A stretch of DNA of 63,390 bases, filler included, from Octopus bimaculoides (taxonomy: Eukaryota): assembly GCF_001194135.2 (NCBI RefSeq). It is 11 parts of 11 records of this genome, joined end to end, with 100 filler letters (N's around TTAATTAATTAA, not from the genome) between each part and the next. Parts side by side here need not be neighbours in the genome. Positions count along the whole stretch, not along the records: positions 41,671 to 53,118 come from NC_069004.1; positions 53,219 to 54,607 come from NC_068989.1; positions 54,708 to 56,643 come from NW_026415659.1; positions 56,744 to 61,888 come from NC_068992.1; positions 61,989 to 63,390 come from NW_026406310.1; 6 more parts are not named here. One strand, given 5' to 3'. Every line of letters begins with the position of its first letter. The stretch's first letter is position 1. The translations under genes and the position numbers were made by a program. Under the pieces are notes generated by a model. The model saw only the letters and a program-made list of their open reading frames with translations, had not been told where the DNA came from and made no database searches. Below are positions 51,246 through 63,390 of this stretch, piece by piece.

Positions 51246-52904
51246 TCCCCCTCCCCACGACTTTGGATGAGGATAACTTTCAGAAAAATGGGTATTTTTT
51301 AATGGATTTTCTATGAATATGTGTTATATCATCTAGATTCTGAATATACGAAATTTTAGGAGAAAGTGTTTTAGGAGGGATGGGGAAGGGTTTTCGGAAA
51401 ATTCACTGGAGTCCACTTCAGTTCGGAACAAGTCGTCTATATTTGTTTCAGTTTCTCCGTTTTGTGCGTGTGTGCATCCGTATATAACCCTTAACTCTAG
51501 TCGTAAAATTTCGGGGAAAAAATTGAAAAGTTAAGGAGTGGGTGTATTAAAAAGTCTAAAAGTAGATTTTTTTTTGCATATTCAGAATCTCTGTTGAAGA
51601 CAAGGTCGGAATCTGTAGAAAAAAAAGCAAAAAAAAAAAAAGCACAAAGTGTCCTCACACACATACACGCACACATATATATAATGAAAAAAGTTCAAAC
51701 GGAGAATTATTCCATTCAATATCATATTTATTATAGAGATTATGTAACAAATTATACTTTACACTTCTATACACTGTGCGTGTATATTCCTTATTTTTAC
51801 TTCGGATGTCTTCTGCCTCTCTATTAGAACTGTTTCCCCGGGAATTTACTTAGAATGAAAAAAGAAAATCGTATCCAACAGATAAGTCGTCTTAATAACA
51901 TATATATGTATACCAGACATTTAGCTGTTATTTTTAGCATGAGTTTTCTGTTGAGGGATTCATTTGCCTTCATTGCCTGTTGCTTCAGTGGGAATGTACG
52001 GATGCATAAACGCACAAAACAGAGAAAATGTAACAAATATGGACGACTTGTCCGAAACACCTCAATTGTTCCCCCTCCCCCCAAATTCCTATATGCTCGA
52101 AATGTACATAGTCCAAGGTATATTTGTAGATAATTTCATTAAAAAAATATCCATTTTCCTGAAAGTTAAGCGAATTGAAGTGAACTCCGGTGAATTTTCC
52201 GAAAATTCTCCCCTACCCCTCCTAAAACACTCCTCCCTCTCCCCCAATTTTTTTATCTTTTATATATTCGGAATCTACATGATGTAACACATATTCGTAG
52301 AAAATTTCATAAAAAAATATCCTTTTTCTAAAAGTTATCATCATCCAAAGTCGGGCAGGGGGACAGAAATCTGTAGTTATGTCCTGTTGACAATTGATCA
52401 ATTAAATGAAATCTTCGTATGAAATTTGTTTCTCTCTCTTACACAAACACACTCACATCGGTATATATCTTACACAAGTAGAAAGCCGGAGAAGAATATA
52501 AAAATGAAAGTAACTTCAAAAATTCCTTTTTTTTTTTAATCTGAAATCGTCACAACTGTAAAGATGTACACATACGTGTGTGTGTTTGTAAATAGCTGGT
52601 TATTTAGTTTCTACGTTGACTTTGACAAAACAGTTAAATGAAAGTGTTAATAAGTCGACTTGCGCCAAGAATAATCACATGGGATTTAAATGTGAAATAT
52701 GAAGTCTTAATAAGACGACTTGTTCCAAAAATGTCCGAAATATGTATTGGAAAATCAATGTACAATATACAGTACCTCATTTAATTAATTGAGAAAAAGG
52801 CGTCTATCTCCGTATGAAATTTTTTTTTCTGATATGAAAGTACTTTTAGAAATTCTTTTTTAATCAGAAATCCTCACAACTGCAATAATGTATACATACG
52901 TGTG

Positions 52905-52937
<33 letters not shown>

Positions 52938-53218
52938 ATGTGTGTGTGTGTATGTGTGTGTGTATGTGTGTGTGCGTGTGCGTGTATGTGTGTGTGTGTG
53001 TATATGTGTGTGTAAATAGCTGGTTAGGACGCCAAAGACAGGAAGTTCAAGCACAAGTATTTGAGAAAACGATTTGAAGGAGTGAATCTTTATATATAGA
53101 GAAATATTATTTATTTTCNNNNNNNNNNNNNNNNNNNNNNNNNNNNNNNNNNNNNNNNNNNNTTAATTAATTAANNNNNNNNNNNNNNNNNNNNNNNNNN
53201 NNNNNNNNNNNNNNNNNN

Positions 53219-53405
53219 GTATTTACCATGTAGGGGCTTTTCTTGCTATCGTTTTATCATGGTCCATTGCTGTTCTAGTTTTAGTTTGGATTTCATTTGT
53301 TTTATAGCTTTTGTTGTTTCTTCTTCTTCTTCGTATTTGTTAGGTAGATTGATTTCTTGTTTGTATTTGTCAGCTTCCTTAAATACTGAAAACAGTTTTT
53401 TGTTA
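53219..53405 (-). mobile_element. R4/Dong-clade LINE internal fragment
   Basis: KKLFSVFKEADKY...MIKR*QEKPLHGKY (W.EKPLHG.Y motif); the upstream end abuts (AAT)n. Confidence 0.72.
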
Positions 53406-53408
53406 TTA

Positions 53409-53448
<40 letters not shown>

Positions 53449-53559
53449 TCCGTCGCTACATTAGTTTATTATTTAATAGGGAGTTGTGCTACCATCGGCG
53501 AACAATGTTTGTCCATAAGATGGACATGATCGGCCAAAATCCTATACTCGGATAATCCT

Positions 53560-54366
53560 TGGCATTATTTCAGCCATGTGGAACATATAAAGCGCCAAGA
53601 AAATTCCGTGTTATGGCTGCCCAAATTCATCACAGAACTACTCTCATGCTTCACAGTTGGGACCAAGTAGTTAGGGTTGAAGGCTTCTTTGGGCTGTGTC
53701 CAGACATATTCTCACTTCGAGGGTGAGTGGTGATTCATCTGAGGTGACATTGTTCCATTGAGCATTTAACCACTTCTGACAGTATAGACATTTTCTCATC
53801 AATGTTGATGTGGTACATTAAAAGTTTAGCAACGGCAGCCTCCTCGGGGTATCCAGATTTATGAAGCTTATGAGGAATGGCTTTGTTTGGAACAGGATTG
53901 GTAAGATGGTGGTTTAGCTCTGCTGTCACTTTTGCTGCTGTATTTCGATGGTTTTTAGACACGATATGTTTCACTTTTTTATGGTCCCTCTCTGTGAGCT
54001 TTGCTTTCTGTCCAGAATTAAACTTGCCAGAGGTGATTTTAATTTGGTTTTTGAAATGCAAACATAATTTTAGAGAGTGTATCTCTCAAAATGTTAAACA
54101 GTTCAGTAGTTTAGTGACTGAAGCTCCGGCCATCCACGCTCCAATAATTTGTTCTTGTTATTAAATCAGATCGGTCGCACATTTTAACTTATTTGAACAT
54201 AAATATCCCCTAAAAATGAAAACCAGGGGGTTATATTATGAAGTATAAGGTATACATGATGCATATGAAATCATATGTACCAATTTGAATAGTTTTCAAT
54301 TTGTTATATTGCCAGTGTAGTAAGTAGCTAAATATAGAAAAATTGGTGTTTCCATTACTTTGTCCA

Positions 54367-54373
<7 letters not shown>
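53560..54373 (-). mobile_element. Tc1-like transposon 5' half, disabled
   Basis: TIR-like tagtgattggacaaagtaatggaaacacc in TA context at 54373; KLTERD...IVSKNHRNTAAKVTAELNHHL (Tc1 HTH region). Confidence 0.85.
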
Positions 54374-54413
<40 letters not shown>

Positions 54414-54714
54414 GTAATAACTCATTTTACGAGGATCCGCGTTACGAGACCCCGGGTTTCAGCTCACTTTTGAATGGTGGTGACTTGTAAAAATTTCTAC
54501 TACCATATCAAATGTTTCTGCGTGTTACCAAGAAATTTAGAGAGCGAAAAATAGCTTCTTCTAAGCAAACAGCTCTAGACTTGTTTCTTTTTTTTTTTTA
54601 AGAAATCNNNNNNNNNNNNNNNNNNNNNNNNNNNNNNNNNNNNNNNNNNNNTTAATTAATTAANNNNNNNNNNNNNNNNNNNNNNNNNNNNNNNNNNNNN
54701 NNNNNNNATATATA

Positions 54715-54761
<47 letters not shown>

Positions 54762-55789
54762 TCACCGTACTGTATGCACTGTCTACCATGATATATATAC
54801 GTAATTGGATTACCCATAATCCCCTTACAACTGTTTTTTATTCACTCTCCAAAAATACCTGCAGTCTGTAGAGGTGGGCTGCGATGGATTTCGTGATGGT
54901 GTTTTTTTGTTTTGTGTAAGCTTCTGTTCTTGTTGTTAGCGTTGATATTGTTGCGACGATCGTAAACAGCTTAGCTATATACTCACACGTACACATGTAT
55001 ATATTTGTTTGTGCGAGTGTGTATATTTCTACGTATATACGAATAAATAAATGCATATATCCACACATATATATATATGTATAGCAGTTTAATCTATGTG
55101 CAGATATATACCCCATACACCTATACATGTACATACATACATTCATATATATATATATACATACATATATACATATATATATNNNNNNNNNNNNNNNNNN
55201 NNNNNNNNNNNNNNNNNNNNNNNNNNNNNNNNNNNNNNNNNNNNNNNNNNNNNNNNNNNNNNNNNNNNNNNNNNNNNNNNNNNNNNNNNNNNNNNNNNNN
55301 NNNNNNNNNNNNNNNNNNNNNNNNNNNNNNNNNNNNNNNNNNNNNNNNNNNNNNNNNNNNNNNNNNNNNNNNNNNNNNNNNNNNNNNNNNNNNNNNNNNN
55401 NNNNNNNNNNNNNNNNNNNNNNNNNNNNNNNNNNNNNNNNNNNNNNNNNNNNNNNNNNNNNNNNNNNNNNNNNNNNNNNNNNNNNNNNNNNNNNNNNNNN
55501 NNNNNNNNNNNNNNNNNNNNNNNNNNNNNNNNNNNNNNNNNNNNNNNNNNNNNNNNNNNNNNNNNNNNNNNNNNNNNNNNNNNNNNNNNNNNNNNNNNNN
55601 NNNNNNNNNNNNNNNNNNNNNNNNNNNNNNNNNNNNNNNNNNNNNNNNNNNNNNNNNNNNNNNNNNNNNNNNNNNNNNNNNNNNNNNNNNNNNNNNNNNN
55701 NNNNNNNNNNNNNNNNNNNNNNNNNNNNNNNNNNNNNNNNNNNNNNNNATATATATGTATATATATATATATTTCATGTACATATATAT

Positions 55790-55915
55790 TTGCGATTCGT
55801 TTAGGGGAATCGACAAAATATTGACGGCACTCTTTGGCCTCGATATTGTGGTAAAATTTTTCTGAATGCTTTTTTTCATTGTTGGAGCAGTCCTTGAACA
55901 GGTGTGGAACTCCAC
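55790..55915 (-). mobile_element. mariner C-terminal fragment
   Basis: HLFKDCSNN...KECRQYFVDSP resembles the region after YSPDLAP. Confidence 0.45.
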
Positions 55916-56029
55916 GCGCGTTCGCGCGCACACACACACACACATACACACAGACACACACACTTATATATACATATATAATTATGAATATATATGCATA
56001 TCTAATTTTCCGGGGTTTGCTCTCATATT

Positions 56030-56220
56030 CTTAATGACTGTCCCAAGGCCCCATTAATAATCAACAAAATCATGACCTTGCTAATTTCTTTATTCCAGTG
56101 CCTGAGGATTTCATGCTTCAAGTGGATATCATGTTCTATTTTTTTCTTTTCCTGCCTTATTGCTCTGGATTCAAATGGGCGAGCCACATCGATTGTAATA
56201 CCTAGTATCTTCTTCCTGTT
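56030..56220 (-). mobile_element. R4-clade RLE fragment
   Basis: TIDVARPFESR and decayed IIGALG motifs. Confidence 0.55.
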
Positions 56221-56500
56221 AGCTATTTCAATATGACTTATGTTTTATACTTTTGCCTTGTACAGGAATATCAACGATTTAAAAATGTCTCACCTCATCG
56301 TTCCGAGATTTTGCATTTCTTTTCCCCACAAAAAATCAGTATAGCTCCTTCTGGTCAAACGTCTATCTCGGGGGGAGGAATTGTAGCCAGTTGTTGTGCT
56401 CAGTATTCCAATCCGAATTGCAAAGGTGCTTGGATTGCTGGTTAAGGATATCCGACTCAAACTCTCAAAATTCGGTGTGGGTTCATTGCAAAAACCTACT

Positions 56501-56559
<59 letters not shown>

Positions 56560-56832
56560 AAAAGTGAATAAGTCGACGTCCTCACACTTGTTCTTTGCAC
56601 CCTTCATCTCCTCCCCGGGGCGCAGGTAAGATCATAATATTCCNNNNNNNNNNNNNNNNNNNNNNNNNNNNNNNNNNNNNNNNNNNNTTAATTAATTAAN
56701 NNNNNNNNNNNNNNNNNNNNNNNNNNNNNNNNNNNNNNNNNNNAGGAAAGACCATGCAATGAACTGAACACAATCACTCGCACATACACAGAAGCATATG
56801 CACACACACCCATACATAACATATATATATAT

Positions 56833-56870
<38 letters not shown>

Positions 56871-57185
56871 TCTCTCTTACTTTCCCCCCTCTCTCTCTCT
56901 GTTTCTTTCTATCCTGTCTCACTTCTACCACCACCACCACCACCACTACCACCATCATCAACATCATCATCATCATCATTACCACCATCACCAACAACAT
57001 CTTCAATACCAGCATACCGTGTATGTTGTAACCATAGTTCCAACCAACACAGATGCCTCTGACTTCACCCCACTCTCTCAGTCTTTCTCTTTCTCTTTCT
57101 CTCTCTCTCTCTCTCTCTCACACTCTCACATTTTATCTTTCTTTCTCTCACTCTCTCTATCTCCCTTTCTCTTACTCTGTCTTCT

Positions 57186-57222
<37 letters not shown>

Positions 57223-57319
57223 TCTGTTTCTCTCTTTGTCTGTTTCTCTCTTTGTCTCTAATCAATTCACTGCCACCACCATTTCTAAACCTCCACACAT
57301 CACACATCAGACTCAAAGC

Positions 57320-57359
<40 letters not shown>

Positions 57360-58114
57360 NNNNNNNNNNNNNNNNNNNNNNNNNNNNNNNNNNNNNNNNN
57401 NNNNNNNNNNNNNNNNNNNNNNNNNNNNNNNNNNNNNNNNNNNNNNNNNNNNNNNNNNNNNNNNNNNNNNNNNNNNNNNNNNNNNNNNNNNNNNNNNNNN
57501 NNNNNNNNNNNNNNNNNNNNNNNNNNNNNNNNNNNNNNNNNNNNNNNNNNNNNNNNNNNNNNNNNNNNNNNNNNNNNNNNNNNNNNNNNNNNNNNNNNNN
57601 NNNNNNNNNNNNNNNNNNNNNNNNNNNNNNNNNNNNNNNNNNNNNNNNNNNNNNNNNNNNNNNNNNNNNNNTTTAAAGCCTTCACACACACACACACACA
57701 CACTCACACACACTCCTACAATATCCGCCGACCACTCGTTTCCTCCACAGCCCCACCCCCGCCACTGTCCAATGATATCCCATATCATATCACCCGTGTT
57801 CAATCATACCCAATTATCTACCTGCCTACTTTCCTCCCTACCCACACGCAATCGCTCCTAACAACCTGCCTTCTAAACCACATCCCTAACCAGACCGATC
57901 TATATGCTGTCAGGATTATATCTCATCTGCTTATAATCCTGCCAACATACATACATATCGACAGCAAATCCACTTCAACTATCAATTTACTTACAAAAGG
58001 AAGCGAAGAACTTAACTACTCAAAACTAAATCACAGTAAAACATATCCATGTTCTTAACCAGAACCAAATGCACGTTTTTGTTCAGAACAAAAAAAAGAA
58101 AAAAAATCACCCAA

Positions 58115-58505
58115 AATTGGCTCTCCGTCGGTTATGACGATGAGTATTTCAGTTGATCCGATTAACGGAACAACCTACTCGTAAAATTAACGGCCAAGTA
58201 GCTGAGTACTCCACAGATACGTGTACCCTTAACGTATTTCTCAGGGAGATTTGTACAAGTAGCTGAGTGCTCCACAGACACGCATCCCATGAACGTAGTT
58301 CTCAAGGAGATTTAGCATGAGAGCGTGACAACTCTGGCTTTTTGAATTACAGGTACAACACAGCATTGCCAACTAAGTGAATTGGAACAACGTGAAATAA
58401 AAGTGTCTTGATCACGGACACAAAACGCTCACAGGTATCGAACTCCTGTTCTTACAATCGTGAGATGAATACCCACCCACTATGCCAGCCACTAGGGCAG
58501 CGGCA
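58115..58505 (-). mobile_element. SINE family C with an internal ~59-bp tandem duplication
   Basis: Homologous to 7422-7805; caagtagctgagt...gagattt occurs twice. Confidence 0.85.
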
Positions 58506-58620
58506 TCAAACACACTCATCGACCAAATGCTACATGTCAGAGGAGGTTTCAAACATTCGTGTAGCTCAGTCAACGGTGGTGCCCCAGCATGACCGCAGCT
58601 TTGAAGCTGAAACATTTAAA

Positions 58621-58665
<45 letters not shown>

Positions 58666-58825
58666 AGCGTGTGTATGTATATATATTTACATACATATAC
58701 ATCTATACACAGATATACTATATATATATATATATATGCGTACTAGAAATAATGTACTCCTCCGTGATAGAAAATTCAACAAAAGAAGTGCTCCATCTGG
58801 TGCGAGATAAATATTATTTATTTAA

Positions 58826-59019
58826 AGGTCGCAATACATATATTAAAGTGGTACTAATAGTTTAGTACGTTGAGAAAACTCAAACATATTCTTCAGGCGC
58901 AACCTCGTATTATAACGAACTAAAGAAATTGAACGCTATACTTTGCGCCTGAAGAACATGTTTGAATTTTCTCACATTATGAAACTATTAGTGGCGCTTT
59001 CATACATGTATTGTGACCT
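58826..59019. mobile_element. Palindromic MITE, Kolobok-type signature
   Basis: TTAA at 58822-58825 and 59020-59023; termini AGG...CCT; about 75-bp imperfect arms (aggtcgcaatac...tcaggcgcaa / ttgcgcctga...gtattgtgacct). Confidence 0.8.
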
Positions 59020-59037
59020 TTAAATAAATTATATATA

Positions 59038-59290
59038 TGGTTGTGTGGTAAGTAGTTCCGGGTTCAGTTCCACTGCGTGGCACCTTGGGCAAGTGTCTTC
59101 TACTGTAGTCTCGGCCCGACCAAAGCCTTGTGAGTGGATCTGGTAGACGGAAACTGAAAGAAGCCCGTCGTATATATATGTATATATGTATGTATATGTT
59201 TATGTGTCTGTCTTTGTACTCCCTCTATTGCTTGTCAACCGGCGGTGCTCTAGCATGGCCGCAGTCAAATGACTGAAACAAATGAAAGAA
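59038..59290 (+). mobile_element. SINE family B, internally deleted
   Basis: gttgtgtggtaagtag...ctgaaagaagcccgtcg head and gcagtcaaatgactgaaac tail. Confidence 0.9.
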
Positions 59291-59591
59291 AGAATATATA
59301 TATGTTCATATATATGTGTGTATGTGTGTGTGTGTGTGTGTGTGTGTTTATGCGTGTGTGTATGTAACCGTATGTATGATTGTGCTTATGTAACCTCTGT
59401 TGGTTTGTTAATGGCCCCGTAACATAACGGTTCAACAAAAAGCATTTCAGTTAGTACAGTATATATTGTATGCAAAGGTGGTTGATACGGTCGACTAAAA
59501 ACACGTTCCGGGGGTACACCAATGCATCGACAAGAGACCTATTTAAACAAGTAAAGGAATAAACAACAAACACACACACTTTTAGAGACAC

Positions 59592-59642
<51 letters not shown>

Positions 59643-59780
59643 GAGGGAGATGGATAGAAAGAGAAATTGAGGGGAAAAGAGTGAGGTTATAGAGAGAAAG
59701 AAGAATGAGAGACATATATGAAGGAATATAATGGATGTTTGCATAGTTAAACAGATGGATCCAAGAAAGGGAAGATAGAT

Positions 59781-59812
<32 letters not shown>

Positions 59813-59822
59813 NNNNNNNNNN

Positions 59823-59862
<40 letters not shown>

Positions 59863-60413
59863 AAGAGATAAAGAGGGAGAGAGAGAGAGAGGTAAAGAAG
59901 AAGAGAGACATAGAAAGAAAGGTAGAGAAAGAGATATGTATATTAACTGTATATTTCTCCAACGACGCCTTCCCTTCCACCGTTTTCATATGTTCCTTCT
60001 GGCTCCTCTTTTCTTCATCCTTAATAACAATTAACAATTCAAATTATATATTAATGTCATTAACGTTATCCCGATACATACACATACACACACATGTATA
60101 GATGCATAGATGCTTACATGGACACACACACTTGTACACATGCATACAAACATACATGCATACATATATATATATGTGTGTGTGTGTTTATGTACTCGTA
60201 CGTCCACGTATAGAAACATATATATACATACACACATTCAACAGATACATGCATGTGTATATTTCTATCTGCTGCTGTCTGTCTGTCTCTCTCTCTATCA
60301 AAATGTCTGTCACTCAAAATGCCAAATAAAGGGAAAAGAGGAATCCATAGGGTAAACATAATAAATATATTATACTCCATATAATAAAGGATATCAACGT
60401 GTGTTTGTATGTA

Positions 60414-60499
<86 letters not shown>

Positions 60500-61808
60500 T
60501 ATATATATATATATATGTGTGTGAAAAGGTTGAATTAGATTCGTCCTTTAATTTGGAAGTTTTCAAAAAATTTCTAATATTGATTCTTCATATTTTGCTG
60601 GTAGTTAACAGGCGTAAATTTGCGAATATGAAAGTAATATTTGTATGTGATATGTTGTGAATTTAGGGAAAGGAATTCCGTAAAGCTCAACAATTTAGGT
60701 AAAAATTGAGAAGAGGAGTTGTTAAAATATACAAGAGAATTATATGTATGTACGTATGTACGTGTGTGTGTTACCAATTTTGACCGTCCGTAAAATTCCA
60801 AATTTCATTTAATTTACTTTGCGGGAGCAACTGTTTAATCGAAAGCGTATATTGTTGTTAAATGTTCGTAATATGAGACTAGAAAAACAACCAACAACTG
60901 ATGAAGGGTCGTTCCTTATGTTCTTTGATTTCCTTTCCATTTGTGTCCTTCGTTGTTCGAAAAAATAGTTCATATTCCATGTACTCGTACTTCGTATTTT
61001 TTTGCTGTGCACGTTTCGTGACGTCCTGTGCCCATACATGCATATATACATATACATATACATACATACATACATACATACATACGTACATANNNNNNNN
61101 NNNNNNNNNNNNNNNNNNNNNNNNNNNNNNNNNNNNNNNNNNNNNNNNNNNNNNNNNNNNNNNNNNNNNNNNNNNNNNNNNNNNNNNNNNNNNNNNNNNN
61201 NNNNNNNNNNNNNNNNNNNNNNNNNNNNNNNNNNNNNNNNNNNNNNNNNNNNNNNNNNNNNNNNNNNNNNNNNNNNNNNNNNNNNNNNNNNNNNNNNNNN
61301 NNNNNNNNNNNNNNNNNNNNNNNNNNNNNNNNNNNNNNNNNNNNNNNNNNNNNNNNNNNNNNNNNNNNNNNNNNNNNNNNNNNNNNNNNNNNNNNNNNNN
61401 NNNNNNNNNNNNNNNNATTTTGTGAAGTTTTTGCAGTTTTAATGATAAGCATATTACTCTACCTTCGGTATTCGAGTTTTATTTTTCCCCATTTTGTTTC
61501 ACATTTACGTGCTTACTCGGGTCTATATACATACATACAAACATACATACATACATATATATATATCAATTAGAAAATGGAGGATAATATGCTGAACCCA
61601 ACGACTTGCAGACAGTGTATCCCGTTGAATTCATTAACTTAATTCATAACTAAAGTGACAAGAAAAACCACAAAGTACAGGTGTTTATGAGAAACCATGT
61701 TATATTGAGAACGGGGTTTACAAATAAAAGTACATAAGGAATTAGAGAATGAACAAAAATTTAATCTTACAGCTGTTTCGGCCTAGCTTTGGAACGCCCC
61801 ATTCTATA

Positions 61809-61844
<36 letters not shown>

Positions 61845-61845
61845 T

Positions 61846-61888
<43 letters not shown>

Positions 61889-62999
61889 NNNNNNNNNNNN
61901 NNNNNNNNNNNNNNNNNNNNNNNNNNNNNNNNTTAATTAATTAANNNNNNNNNNNNNNNNNNNNNNNNNNNNNNNNNNNNNNNNNNNNTATACATATATA
62001 TGTATGTATGTTTGAAGAAATTCAGTCTGTGCGATATTCTTTGCCTTTCTCATTAGGGCTTTAGCGACATCAGTGAAGTGAAAAATTAACAATTGAGAAT
62101 CGATGCTGGATCGATTTACTTTACAACGCTGTGGGCTTGCTTTTTCTCTCTTTGTACAGCGTTATTATTATTTTAATTAAATGATGTTTAATTAATAATA
62201 ATCAATGTCTTCTATATATATATATATAGAATTGTTATTATTACTGATTTCTTTTTGACTAGGCACAATATCTCATGTTTGTTTTATAGGAAAGAAAGTA
62301 GCATTGTGATGTTAATGCTGTTTCTCAAAGCAATAGCGACACAATAAATAGAAAGAAGTGAAATTACTTAATTTTAAATCGGAATGTCTGGATCATTTCT
62401 AATATGTGATGATACGATCCAGCCGAGTGTACTACAACAACGTGTGGTTTAACTACGATGACTATTTTCACTACGATTAAGGGGCATATTGATTGAGAAT
62501 TATATCTGGGATAGCAAAGTAGATAAAGGAAGAAAGTGGTTGTAAGATGTATGATGTTTGTGGCTTTCCAAGAACATTAAATAATACTGATTTCTGTTCA
62601 GTTATCACAAGGCCAATTATTTATCGATGACATCCTTGGAAGAATGGATGAAAGGAAAAAAAAAAAAAAAAAAATTAAAAAGTCGGCCTTCAGCGTGATT
62701 TGAACTCTGGAGCTACAAACATGAAAATTAAACAGAGTAAAAATATCACTCAGTAACGACCATTATTCACCGCCTTTGTAGAAAGCATTGGTAACAAGGA
62801 TAGAAAATTTAGAAAGAGTGGGAAAGAAAAAAGAGAGGTGAAAGATATAGTCAATTGACTTCCCATCGAGGGGAAAATTGAAAAAGTAGTGGAGGTATTT
62901 TGGCCCCGACCGGATTTGAACTCAGGATGCAGAGGGACGAAACTAAATAGTGTTAAGGCATTAAATCCGAGGCACCGTACCGGTTCTGTCGTTATTTAA

Positions 63000-63105
<106 letters not shown>

Positions 63106-63172
63106 NNNNNNNNNNCTCTGAGTTATATGAAAGTGTGAAATGGTAAGTATTGTGTAACGTTCATGCATTCCC

Positions 63173-63233
<61 letters not shown>

Positions 63234-63390
63234 CTATATGTACATTAAACTGAATGAACTGAACTGGTATTTGGAAAGGGTGGTGGTGATAAGTTTGTTT
63301 TCAATATTGATATGTTGTGATATATATATATATACATGTATATATAACGTATATATGTATATACATAATTTACATTCATAATATATATAT

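Noticed and set aside
62597-62670. Good acceptor (atactgatttctgttcag) followed by short open frames
   Set aside because: No donor site or recognisable peptide; runs into poly-A.

Overview
AT-rich, gap-riddled eukaryotic scaffold segment. The SINE families, microsatellite density and 100-bp gap spacers look like an Octopus (cephalopod) draft assembly; this is inferred from repeat recognition only. No intact host gene, RNA gene or CRISPR array can be supported. The window is mostly decayed mobile DNA: at least four tRNA-derived SINE families (several with clear TSDs), mariner/Tc1/maT (DD37D) transposase pseudogenes including a near full-length Hsmar1-like copy, hAT/pogo/Kolobok-type MITEs, two Helitron helicase remnants, R4/Dong, Hero, RTE and CR1/L2-type LINE fragments, and Penelope-like termini. 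Most ORFs in the supplied track are microsatellite or N-gap artefacts. The items most worth a second look are an 87-bp perfect-arm palindrome built around head-to-head TTAGGG/CCCTAA repeats (47116-47344), frameshifted ankyrin-like coding remnants (2233-2691, 9640-10230), a few candidate spliced exons of an unidentified gene, a mariner derivative made of two 5' ends, a probable locally templated inverted insertion in a maT transposase, a three-unit compound satellite, and R4 LINE copies repeatedly abutting (AAT)n. I cannot claim a new biological system from the sequence alone.
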